From Trichinella spiralis (Eukaryota): a DNA stretch of 64,000 nucleotides. A model generated the notes under the pieces. The model made no database searches and was not told where the DNA came from. It was given only the letters and a program-made list of their open reading frames with translations. Position numbers and translations under genes: made by a program. This document shows positions 1-11,777 of the stretch, piece after piece (position 1 is the first letter of the stretch; the number at the start of each line of letters is the position of its first letter). The stretch is from NCBI RefSeq assembly GCF_000181795.1, contig NW_003526940.1, positions 1,027,527-1,091,526 on the forward strand. Direction: 5' to 3'.

Positions 1-1334
1 TACATATGTATGCATATACTGTAATCTTTGCATATTTTTGTAGAAATAAACTAGTGCGTGTGAAATTATTAAATTATTAAATCATGTGCGCAACATATTA
101 TAAAAATAAACATACGGCTGAAATATGATTTTTAATTCAATTTAAATTTACAAAAAAGAAAAAATTACATCTCTGAGTTTGTATTTCTCTCAATTTATGT
201 AAGTTTGGCACAAAATTTCATTTTTATATAGCAAAAAGGGTTCGTATGAAATTTACGATCAGAAACATTAATTATCAACTTTCATTATAGCAAAGTTTTT
301 AATCATTGTAACTAAATAATTTAAAGCTATTTTTTAAATAAAAAGAATTCAAAAATGCACAACCAAAAAAGTGCATTCGTTTCTTCTTTACTAAAAGATA
401 ATATATCTTCCATGACAATTAAAAATGCTCAAAATTTTTGAAATAAACTGCAACAACCTGTTGACTATCAAAATGCTTCCATTTAAACGTCACAAAAAAA
501 AGAATTCGCAAAACTCAACGCAAGTCTAACAGTGACAGTCGCGCATTCACATATAATATCGGCAAGAGTAGGTATAAATGTTATACATTTTTACCAACCC
601 ACACTGACAATTACTGTAAATATATACGGTGATGAAGCTAACAAAGCAAATACACAACGCATGATACAAAAGCTTTTGCAAAGATCTATTGTGAATATTA
701 CAATTGTATATTATTTAAATAAAAGAAGTAATGAATTTAATGTCCGTGTAAAATAATCTGTTGAGAAAGGTGTTTTCAACAAAAATTATTCTTTTTGGCA
801 TTACTTGTTTGCATGAAAAATTAGGATTACTTCATCTTAAGCTGAAAATGAATTTTCAGTAACATGAAATTTTTAAAACTGAAAAGAATAATTCAGTAAT
901 TTGCATATTATCTTATTGACTTTCTACAATGCACTCTCATAAATAAAGTAGAAATTCATAAAATCAATTTGAGCTTCATGAGGCATTTGATTCATTTGAG
1001 CATGAAGCTGTGCGCAGTAACAAATAAATATGCGCTTTAAAAGGCATTTTCAATTGCTATTTGTAAAATTTTAAAATGTTTTCAAATTCTTCTAAACTGT
1101 AGGTTTACGCAAAACTATTATTTTTAAACAGCAATGCATGGAAATGCAAGCTTCAGTAAAAAACAACCAAGTAATTATTTTTTAATGTATTTTAATAAAA
1201 ACAAAAGATGAAATAAATCTGAAATCAAGTATGAATGCTAGTATAACAATTAATAATATATAATACGTGCATTAATTTAAAAATTTTTAATTTACACTAA
1301 CTGAACATCTTAACAATAAACAGTAAATGTCATT

Positions 1335-2000
1335 CCCTTATTCAGGGAGTACCCAGGGTTCTGCAATATGCAATAATATGTTCAACGCAGTTTTTATATC
1401 TCAATTATGAACATTTGTTTGCCGAGTACGTCGATGACAACGTGCTTAACTAAATCTCATGGCTGCTTCACTACTGATGGCTTTTGTGATGTACTGCTGT
1501 GATCACAATCTTTTATGCATTTTGTTGTCTCATGTTTTGTGCATACCAAACACTTACAGTGCCTTTCTATTCTCAAACTTGATATTTCCTGCTACTGCAT
1601 TTCGTGACTTACCGTGAATTGGTGATTTATTTATCTCCCATAAGTTGAATGTCAGTACAAAATGGATTGCCTCACTGAATAAGTTAATTTTATTCAATTG
1701 AAAAAAACTTCATTTACAACAGTATCTGTGAAAATAAATATTAGCAATAAACAGCCTTACATTATATTTGCTAGTCACACCCATGAGTTCTTAATTTATG
1801 AAAATCATAAAATTTTGCTTATTTTTACAAAGCTCGCACATGCTAGGAATTTCATAGCAGACATCTATGCGTCACAACCGCCAAACTGCCTAACATTGAT
1901 GTCAGTTCCATTTGATTTTTAATTTTACCATTTAATTTAGCAACATCTTAGCATCTGGCCATAATGATATTAAAACAAGTTAACAGAATCACAAGAAGAA
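1335..2000 (-). mobile_element. Highly degenerate piggyBac-like transposase 3' remnant
   Basis: Broken minus-strand frames give NIIMARC*DVAK, KW..DINV..AVWRL, RNAVAGNIKFENRK and CLVCTKHETTKCIKDCD. These occur in the order of the PGBD motifs YNxxMGGVD, KKWxx..NAWxL, DxRFD and the C-terminal Cys-rich domain. A CCCTTA-type end lies near 1335. Many stops and frameshifts. Confidence 0.4.
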
Positions 2001-2374
2001 GTAGCATTTTAATAAGAAAAAACAATAAATGCTTTTGTGACAGTAAAATAAACTACTGAAATCTCTCATTAACAGAAACTCCCTTAGTTAGGAAAGACAT
2101 CTACCACATGCTTCACATGTTCAACTCAGCGTCATCTCTGCTATTATTAATTTTCATTCAATAGTCTTCCTCTCATAAAAGTACAAAACTTATTATGGCA
2201 AACTGTTACAAAATGGGTTATGAATGAGTTTCACACTAATCATTTAGTACTACTCAATGGCTTAAGAACATGATATTTGTTAGCTGATCCTTATGCACTA
2301 TTTTTTATCATTTTTTAACTCCCTTTGTAATTATACATTTATACCTTTATTACTTCTTAATTATACATTCAAAC

Positions 2375-2391
2375 ATTATTATTATTAGATG

Positions 2392-2430
<39 letters not shown>
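2375..2430. repeat. (ATT)n microsatellite
   Basis: Near-perfect ATT/TTA tandem run. Confidence 0.95.
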
Positions 2431-2432
<2 letters not shown>

Positions 2433-2871
2433 AAATTATTATATTACGGCCTACATATTTAGTTTTTATTTTTGCATCACTTAATAATTACTAAACAATC
2501 TTGTCGCACAATCAATACAGGCAAATGGAACAGAATGAGATTTTAAAATACATAAATAACGTTTTATGCTTATACCATTCAAACATCTAAATACAAGAAG
2601 GTTAAACGCCAACACTCAATGCACGAAATATTAACGTCATACAAAAGAAAACAGATTGCACCATGCAAAAAAATTGCTCAGGATGGTTTGTCAATCTAAT
2701 TGCAGAAACAAATATTTGAATAAATCGCAGGTGTAGAGATATTATAATTTGAAGTGGAGTTATCAGTGGAGTCACTATTGACATTTCAAAATTAGCAAAT
2801 AACGCAAAAACTATTTATATGGGAAATTTTTTAGAAAAAAGCAACCATTCGTATAGGGATATACCTAAATC

Positions 2872-5800
2872 ATGAAAACTGTAATATGCATTTTACTTCT
2901 TCCATTAACTATAGTAAGTAGTATTATAATTCATGTTATTGATTTTGATTTTTTCATAAAACTAACATAAATTTTTTACAAGAATTTAATTTCAAGCTAA
3001 AACAATAAAATAAGCATAAAACTGTAAGCACAATCAAAGAAATCAGTGATTCTAAAAGTCAGTAAATGCAAAATTTCATAAAATGTCTTGAAAATTTAAA
3101 ATTTGAAGGTAAAATGACCCAACACATTTGGGGCTAATTGTTTTGGAATAGCTTTATAAATTGTTCTTAGAGAATTTACATTTTAGACGGTCAATTTAGA
3201 AATCAAAACTTTATTTATTATTATTTGATTAATTTATACAGAAAATAAACGCACTGCAAATTCTAATAAAACAATTAGGAAAGCTACAGTGGAAATAGGA
3301 ACATGAAACGCTTTTGCAAATCCTTCTTCCATTTGAAAAATTTCAGCTTGCACTACCAGATGACAAATGTGGATTAACTGCATATCCAATAAGAAAAACT
3401 GATCCATCAGGCAACAAAATTGCAGGTGGCTGGTATGCAACACCGCACTCTCTACCATATCAAGTAAAGTTATTAATTGAAAAAAGTGGGATACATGCTT
3501 CATGCGGTGGTGTTATAATTCAACTGAAGTCTGGCAACGGTACAGACGCAGTCCTCACATCAGCACGTTGCCTTTATCAAGAATCGTAAATTAACAAAAT
3601 TAACCATTTATACTTTCCTACTGTAAAGTCACTGCTAATTCTTTAAAACTGGATAATAAATTTAGATTAAGAAAACCTGTGCCCGTGGATAAAGTTGATG
3701 TTATTAGTGGAGCTCACGATCTTGAAAACAACTTTGAAGAAAGTCAAAGGAAAATCCCCGTTAAAAATTTTGTACTCCATCCGGAGTATAAAGGAAATTC
3801 AATTAACGATATAGCATTGTTAAAATTGAAGGAGAAAATACTATACACAGACAAAACTCGACCAGCATGTTTACCTGACAAAGATGCAGAGCCGAGTGCG
3901 GGCGAGCTGTGTTATGCATCTGGATGGGGATCCCCTTTCTGTAAGTAAATCATCATCATCACTGTCCATTTTAACAAAATCTGTATTGTATAGCTGGAGC
4001 CGAGGATAGCGCAGTTTTGAAAATGGCAGCGATACCCGTTCAAACTAAAGAGAAATGTAACTTGGCTGGTGGAATAGCAACCAGATTTTGTGCTGGAGGA
4101 AGCTTTGGAGGACACGGAATTTGTGACGTATGTTAGCAGTACAAAAACTGCTGATGAATAATTTTATTATTTATTTTTGCTTTCTTATAGGGTGATTCAG
4201 GAGGACCATTAACATGCGAAAGAAATGGAAAATTGGTTGTATTTGGCATATCAAGTGGACATACAGGCCTCTGTGGTCAATATGGCAAACCAGGAATTTT
4301 TACAAAAGTATCATCCTTTTTGGATTGGATTAAAAAAACTGATACAGAATTAGATACTGCAGTGGATATGAGCAAAGGAAAAAAAGCAGAAAACATTGCT
4401 CAGCCACTTGGTAAGATGAGCACGTACACATAATTTTTCACGATTAATAATAATTTTATATCTTAACAAAAATCATATCAGTCAATATTTATTCTGCTTG
4501 TAATCAATCGGTTTAATATTCTTCAGATTCTGATGAAACTACTGATGCTAAACAGGCAGGCAAAGTTAAAGAACAATTTCCATGCGGCCTTTCAGCATTT
4601 CCTATGAAAAAAGAGCAATCTCCATCAAACAGAGTGTCTGGTGGATGGGAAACAAGACCCAATTCATTGCCGTATCAAGTGAAATTAATAAATCAAAAAC
4701 AGGGAAAAGAATTTGCGTGTGGTGGAACATTAATTCAGTTTAAACCAGGAAATGGGACATTTTGGATATTAACGGCAGCTCACTGCATTTATGACAACCT
4801 GTAAGGAGAAATTTAGTCAGTTCAACTTTACCCGCGTACTCAATACTTAATATTAATATGACATTGCACTTTTAGACGGAAAAAAACGTTGGATCCTGAG
4901 AAAGTACAGGTTTTGGTAGGGGCTCATAATGTATACAGGGATAGTGAAGAAAACAGAAAACAAATCGCTGTTCAAAATGTTATAATGCAACCAGGCTATA
5001 ATGACCGTACAATTGCAAATGATATTGCATTGCTGCAGCTGCAAGAACCTGTTTTCTACACAACGGTCACAAGACCTGCTTGCTTACCTAACCCTGGAGA
5101 AAAACCCTTACCAACTACTTCGTGTTGGGTGAGCGGATGGGGAGCTGAATCATGTAAGAGTTTATTCTATACCATGTTTTAGTATGAAATATTAGAATTA
5201 TATTTTAGCTTATGGTGAACCAACTGCAATTTTGAAAGTGGCTAAGGTGGCTATTTGGAATGACGCTGATTGTAAAGTAGATGCAACTTCTAGCATATGT
5301 CTCGGTGGTAAAGCAGATAGACGTGGATCATGCCAAGTGAATAATATTTTTAATGTTTTTTTTTGAATTATCATTTATTAAATTATTTGAAGGGTGATTC
5401 TGGTGGACCGCTTCTTTGTGAACATAATAAGAGGATGGTAGTATTCGGTGTATCCAGTTCAGTCGTAGGTCATTGTGGCCAATTGAATCAGCCATCTATT
5501 TATACAAGAGTAACACATTATTTGGATTGGTTGAAAGAAACTTCAGAAAAAGCTGGTGACTTAAAAGTCACGGCTGCAAGTTCAACTGGAGGTGAGTTAA
5601 TAACTTTGTGTATTTCTAAAATTTGTCTTCTAAATGAACAATGCAATGATTGTCATTCAATGCTGCGCCATTTTACATTTAGGAAGTTCTGCAACTTCAA
5701 AGCCAAATAAAGCGAAAGATGACTTTACAGTTCGTCCCTCTAGTCCAGCAAAATCAGTATCCAGCGTCCCAAGCCAACCTGCTTTTCCAGGTAGCAGATT

Positions 5801-5897
5801 TATGACTCCTCTGCCTACGCCCGGACGTCCAGCTGCATCCAGATTTTACACTCCCCCATCATCAGGTTTATCCCGTTCCCGTTTTCAGACACTTTGA
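2872..5897 (+). CDS. Secreted serine protease with two S1A (chymotrypsin-fold) domains; resembles Trichinella TsSerP as I recall it
   Basis: 10 exons, all GT-AG and phase-consistent: 2872-2913, 3347-3585, 3666-3940, 3994-4127, 4191-4410, 4527-4800, 4876-5153, 5209-5336, 5393-5591, 5683-5897. Signal peptide MKTVICILLLPLTILA. Domain 1: K|IAGG, TSARC, NDIALL, GDSGGP. Domain 2: R|VSGG, TAAHC, NDIALL, GDSGGP. Pro/Ser-rich tail; AATAAA at about 5981. Confidence 0.95.
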
Positions 5898-6924
5898 AAT
5901 AGATGAATAACATTTTCATCATATGTTGTTTGTCAAACAAATGACAATTTCATAGCTATTTAATCATGCAAGTAAAATTAAATAAATTTCTCTTTTTGCG
6001 TCGTAATTGTTGAAATAATTGGACGGAAGTTGCGCACTGGCTCTCTGAAATATTAAATGGCGTTTAAAATGTTTCAGTGAACGTTTCACTGCAAAATATG
6101 ATGTTTTCATTATTATTTGAAATCTATGAAAAGGATTTCTGCATCTAATAAATCAACATAAATGTAAATAAATCTCTGAATAAGGCATCTACAATCAGAG
6201 ATGGCATTGACGTTTTTAGTATTACGTATTTAATAATGAGAATCAGTAGATTTTGCAAACTGCAGAATGGAACAACAAATTGTATGTACTAAATTCTAAA
6301 CATATTTTACATTGCTTGCTACTCAATGTGCAAAATAAATGAAATTAATGAATCCATCATTGAAAAATGGCAATGGAAAATTTTCAGAAAAATAAAGCCA
6401 AGTCATAAATACAACAACTTAAATTTTACATGAACTATGACAATATTGTGCTAATCATTTTCTGACAAAGGGTTTAAGCTGAAAATTATTTATTATGTAG
6501 TTGCTGAAACAACAAACTGTTCCATTAGGTAGTAGCATCAGCAAGCAAAATAGATTACACTGAAAAATTGAATAATCTTCTTTATTTCTATTACTATATT
6601 TGTTGTCATTGAAGTTATTATTTATCAAAAGTAATATGGCAAAACTGAAAAATTGAATAAAAGATAGAACTGAAAAATAATTATGAAGAAACTTTTATTG
6701 AAATCATCGTAATGAATGTCGAAAAATTCAAATTACAATAGAATTGTGTGACAATTCACTTAAATGGTAGTGTGTAAAATTTTTACCTTTAGTGGAACAG
6801 ATCATTATTATTTTCACTGTAAAGTATTGAATATTCAACTAAAATAAAATAAATTAAATTGTAAAAGCATTATAAATTACAAATTGAATTAAGTTATATT
6901 CAATTAAAGTATTATATATATAAC

Positions 6925-7765
6925 TGAAATGAACAAATGATGAAAAGCAATTACTAATTACTACTGATTGCATGGAATTTTGCGTCAGCATCACAGTTGC
7001 ATTATTCTGTCATTTCAGTGCATCACGATTTTCTAAATAAATATTATTTACATACAAAAAGTGCAATTTTATTGTAACATAACAGGTGCATCATGGAAAT
7101 GCAAATAGAAGAAGCAATATCGACGTTTAACATTTACATTTTGATATGTAAAAGAAATAAATATTACAAGAAGAAGAAGAAGTAAAAAAGATCCATTTTT
7201 CTCTACAGTTAATATTATTACAATAGTATTTTAATTGTATATATAAAAAATAAAATACGCTAACAAAAGACTTAAAATATTTAATCATTATAATTTTAAT
7301 TCAAAGTAATTTGATAATTAATAAAAATTAGTCTTGAACACTGTGCAGTTTGAACTGACGCGGCAGCGGACGTCACCTATTTCGCTTGTAATGATTGTAT
7401 TATAATATTATCTTTAAAACTGTTCGAAGAATTTCCTTTTCTGATATGATATCATAAATATGCTGAAAGCAAATTAATCAAATTGATTATTTATTAAAAG
7501 ATATTTCCTTAAAATATTTTTTCAAAATGTAAATGTGAAACGTAGATATTGTTCATTGTAATAGCATTTCCTTTTTGCGCTTGTTGTGCATTAATAGAAA
7601 TGCGTTATTTGTGAATAAAATTTACTTAGAAAACCTCAATAAATTGAAATAAGAAGATGATGCAATTGTGATGCTGACATGATATTGACTGTTTAACAGA
7701 CAAAATTATTTTCAGTCAATAATAATAATAATTAGCAATTGTTTTTCATGAAATGTTCAATTTTA
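6925..7765. mobile_element. Degenerate foldback/MITE-like element with long inverted arms
   Basis: Left arm about 6925-7160 matches the reverse complement of about 7500-7765. Examples: GTCAGCATCACAGTTGCA vs GTCAGCATCACAATTGCA (17/18) and CAATATCGACGTTTAACATTTACATTTTGA vs CAATATCTACGTTTCACATTTACATTTTGA (28/30). Confidence 0.7.
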
Positions 7766-8159
7766 CACTATGACAAAATAATAATGTTAATAAAAATAAA
7801 ATAAAAAATAATAATTTAACAACAAAGACTTCCATGAAGATACTCGTGTAATTAATAAAAAGTATTGTTTACATATATTACAAAATCAGAATTGAATAGG
7901 CATCATTTTTACAAAAGGAAGAATATATAATAGAAAAATTAGATTAATACGTTGGCAATTTGTGCTCTATAATTTTACATTTATTCAATCTGGTTTTTAA
8001 AATAAAATGCTATCAGTGTGCAAATTGAAACTTTTTTGGAAAAATTCACACTGAAAATTACTTACTTCACAATCCTTAAAGCACTGCTTCAAAGAAAGAT
8101 GTATGAGAAGGAAAAATTAGTTGCCAAAAAGAAAAAAAAATGTAAAAGTGAAGAACAAT

Positions 8160-9242
8160 TCAAATTGACTGCAAGGGTTTTATACATGCAAAGAAAACAC
8201 AACTATATTGGTAAGAAGCGACAGCGCCGGGATGCTGAGCATAGGATGCAGGCACGTCGAGTTGTTCATTCTGAATAACAAACCCAACTTTGACAATTAC
8301 TTCACGCAAAATATCATACGGTAATTCGATCGACGCGAAGGGACCTTTTTCAGAAAAATGGTAAAGCAACGGCCCAAAATTAAGCCAACAGCCACCCGGC
8401 TTCAAAATATCATAAATTCTTTCAACGTAGTTGATCACATTGGCAGTGGTGTCGATGAAAAATACCGTACAAACGCTATCCCAGCTATTAGCTGTGTCAT
8501 AAACTTGGAGAAAGTCTCCAGCAACCATGCTCATCTTACCTCCATTAGATGGTAATCGAGGATCAATGTCGGGCACTTGTACGGCAACAATTTCGTCTTC
8601 CGGCACCACCGACTGATGCCATTGACTGAGCCATGGATAAATGGAATACTGTTCTCGAACAACGCAGCGGTTGAGCATGAAATTCGAACCGAAAAGCATG
8701 TAATAAGAATACTCGTTGCCTTGGGAAAAGAAACCCCGTTGGGCAATTTCCCAAACCAGACGTCCCATACCAGCACCGGGTACGAGTACTTGAATTTCGG
8801 ACCGACCTTCCACCGGATACCTGGATTCCAGTTCGGCAATAACATGCCCGTAACAAGCTTTCCTTTCCTCAACGCCTGCAGCCGACCAATCGCGTGCGCT
8901 CTGCCTAAGTATGATGTCCAATTTTTCGGCCAAATATTCAGGCACTTTGGCCAACAAATTGGCAGACATTATCGGATCTCGTTCGAAGTCGTCGAACAAA
9001 TTCCGCGCTGAGATGCAAATCATACGCAAAAATCTGCTGTTAATTTCTACGCATTGGCGAAGCTTTTTAAAATGTTCATTCGTTTTAGCTTTTTTCAACC
9101 GTTCCAATCCGTACAACTTTGCCAAACGAACGTACTCATTGGCGCAAGTGCGTACAAAACGAGCTGAATACTGCTCGAACGATGCGCAAACTAAACCGAT
9201 GTGCTTCAGCTCTTCTTCATACGAATCGTCGTTGCTATTCAT
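8160..9242 (-). CDS. CARNMT1: Carnosine N-methyltransferase (N2227-like, SAM-dependent), intronless CDS
   Basis: 360-aa ORF with RDWSxxGxxER, VLVPGAGMGRL, QGNEYSYYM, SMVAGDFLQVY, TVFFIDT and WLNFGPLLYHF, all typical of CARNMT1. A TTTTCAG acceptor lies 1 nt before the ATG. Confidence 0.93.
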   Translation of the reverse strand: MNSNDDSYEEELKHIGLVCASFEQYSARFVRTCANEYVRLAKLYGLERLKKAKTNEHFKKLRQCVEINSRFLRMICISARNLFDDFERDPIMSANLLAKVPEYLAEKLDIILRQSARDWSAAGVEERKACYGHVIAELESRYPVEGRSEIQVLVPGAGMGRLVWEIAQRGFFSQGNEYSYYMLFGSNFMLNRCVVREQYSIYPWLSQWHQSVVPEDEIVAVQVPDIDPRLPSNGGKMSMVAGDFLQVYDTANSWDSVCTVFFIDTTANVINYVERIYDILKPGGCWLNFGPLLYHFSEKGPFASIELPYDILREVIVKVGFVIQNEQLDVPASYAQHPGAVASYQYSCVFFACIKPLQSI

Positions 9243-10043
9243 TCTGAAAATTTTAAATCACACTATACAAAAATCATCCTTTACTTGTAAATTGGTAAAA
9301 ATAATACATTCATCAGGCTACATTAAAATTAACAATCCAAATGTGCTATTAAAAAAGAATATCAATTGAAATGCTTTGAATTTGAAAACAATTCTTAACT
9401 ACGCTCATCAGCAGAAGAAAATTGAAAAAAATTTTCAAAATTAAAAATCGCATTCAAATATTTCTCCCATATATATATACACATTTACATTTCTTAACAT
9501 ATAATTTGTGTGTATATATGAGATTATCAACTATTTATTAATAGAAGCAATTAAATACACACTGTGTTCTGAAACAATAGCATTAACATTTAATGAAAAA
9601 ATTCTTACATTCTGAAATTTAATTGAATTCTAAAATTCTAAAATTTATCCATTTTTAAAGAAAAAACTCAAGCATCCCGAAATTCTGTAAAAAATGATAA
9701 TTAAGGTCAACTAACATCAAGACAATACAGTATGCCAGTTTTGGGGTGCATGTTGCAAATTGGCCGTACATGTTTATTTGAATTGAAAGATTGACTTTCC
9801 AATTAAAAATTTTATAACTCAATGCATCTAAATTGAATGTGAATTATCAATTTTACTTTTGAAATATATGCTCACTTCCAAAAATTACAAAGTTGTAGCA
9901 CACATTATAATAATGAATAATATTAAAAGAGAATTTTTGAACAATTAATAATACTCGAGTTTGACTTCAGCGTTGCTGGAAATCTGTTCTTTGAAAAATT
10001 ATAAATCGCTAACAACACTGCTAACAAAAGCATCCTTCTGAAC

Positions 10044-10452
10044 CAGTGGCTTTCAACCCGTGTCATCGCACGCCCCCTTTCTTAATAAAAGTTGTGCAGT
10101 TAATGCCGCCCCCCCCTCAAAGAAAATAATTCTGTTAAGCTAAACTAGGATAACCAGTAACAAAAGGCGATGAAAATTTAGTCTGCAGTAGACCAAACTG
10201 TGAGAAACGGTTCACTGGGGAACAAAAAGTCACCAGCATCGAAATAAAAATGATTACTAGGATATGCAGGCGAGCAATTTGGCAGTGCATTATAAATAAC
10301 ATGGTGATATCTATTGATTAGGCATCTTAGGAGCCGCATAAATTAAATACATGAGCTCGGGAACTGCTTCACGTTGCAACAGAAATGAACTTTCAAATTT
10401 CGAACACTAAAAATTCTTACTTCTTACGTCCCCCCCTGGTTAAGAAACACGG
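10044..10452. mobile_element. hAT (Charlie-like) MITE
   Basis: Termini CAGTGGCTTTCAACC ... GGTTAAGAAACACGG form imperfect TIRs. Flanked by an 8-bp target duplication TTCTGAAC/TTCTAAAC (7/8). C-rich subterminal tracts. Confidence 0.75.
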
Positions 10453-11520
10453 TTCTAAACAAAGAATAAAACATAATCAGCATTACTCTGCACTGCTGAA
10501 TGTAAATCTTTTTCATGTTCACGAGTAAATACTATTCATTATACATTGTCAAAGTGCTTGCAATTTTCGCAAAAAAATAAGACATCAGCAAAAAAATCCC
10601 TATCCAATGCCCGCCCTCCCATTGTTTTGTTGATAAATAATGCAAACGCAAAATTTCAAATTCATAAATCCAATTCCACTTTAATAAATTTGATTTACAC
10701 TGCAATATGTTAAATCGGTTGTTAAAAATGAAAATGCGCAACAAAAATGGATTTATCTTTCGATCTCTATTCGCTCTCTCTCTCTTTCCCACTATCCTGA
10801 TTTAAAGGAAAGATAATAAAAAAATTTAGAAAAAAAATTTGTCCGCTGTGCGCATTTACTTATTAATTGCTTCGCAAACGGACGGCACATTATGCATATA
10901 TATATTTTTTTTTCTTTTCTTTCATCCTTCAATTTTTCCCATCAACAATCATACAGTTAACACTTTGAACAAAAAGTATAGCCCAGAATGTACGAAGAAA
11001 ACGGCACTGCAAAACTGAAAGCAGCCACCGGGAGTTGGTCAAAGACAGTTCAACTGCATATTTAAAATGAATAATGTTTAAAAAAAATAAATCTGTGAGC
11101 CATTAAAAATAGTGCATGTTCAAGGAATGCATTAAAAAAAGAAAATAAAACACTTGAAAGTAATAAACGTCGTATTAAGTATGGTAAAAGGCTTTCCAAG
11201 CCGTTGAAAAGGAAACTGCAAACGGAATTTCATTATTCAATTCAGAAAAGCAACGCAAAGCTCGGTGCGCCGTTAGCTGTTTATAAAACAACAGAATAAA
11301 TGATAAGAATGAATAAATAAAAACAATAAATAAATAAATGAATGAAATAACAACACGGTGTAGAGGACAGAAAACAGACAAGATGGCAGTTAAGGACGCG
11401 ATGCACGACGGCTATATAACAACAAACGGCATTTCGAGCAGTAAGTGATATGAATATGGAATTACGGTAGTACAGCCGGGCAAACAGCAAAATATCCGAA
11501 CGGAACTTGGAAGTGAAACA

Positions 11521-11746
11521 TCATTTGCCGAAAATACCACCAAATGTAGATGCAATGACCAGGGCTAAAATCGCCAAGCAGATGATGATCAGAATCTTCT
11601 TCTGAAAAAAGAAAATTGTTTTTCAAAAAAAAGAAAATTAAATTTAAAAATGTATAAAATGACGCGATGCTGATTTCATACTTTCAGAACAAACAGCAAG
11701 CCATGCAAGCCAAAAAAAACTTCAAAGTTCAACAACAGCAACAACG

Positions 11747-11777
<31 letters not shown>

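Noticed and set aside
8358..9369. Long plus-strand and alternative-frame ORFs over CARNMT1
   Set aside because: Antisense or shadow frames of a GC-richer real CDS, with no recognisable motifs.
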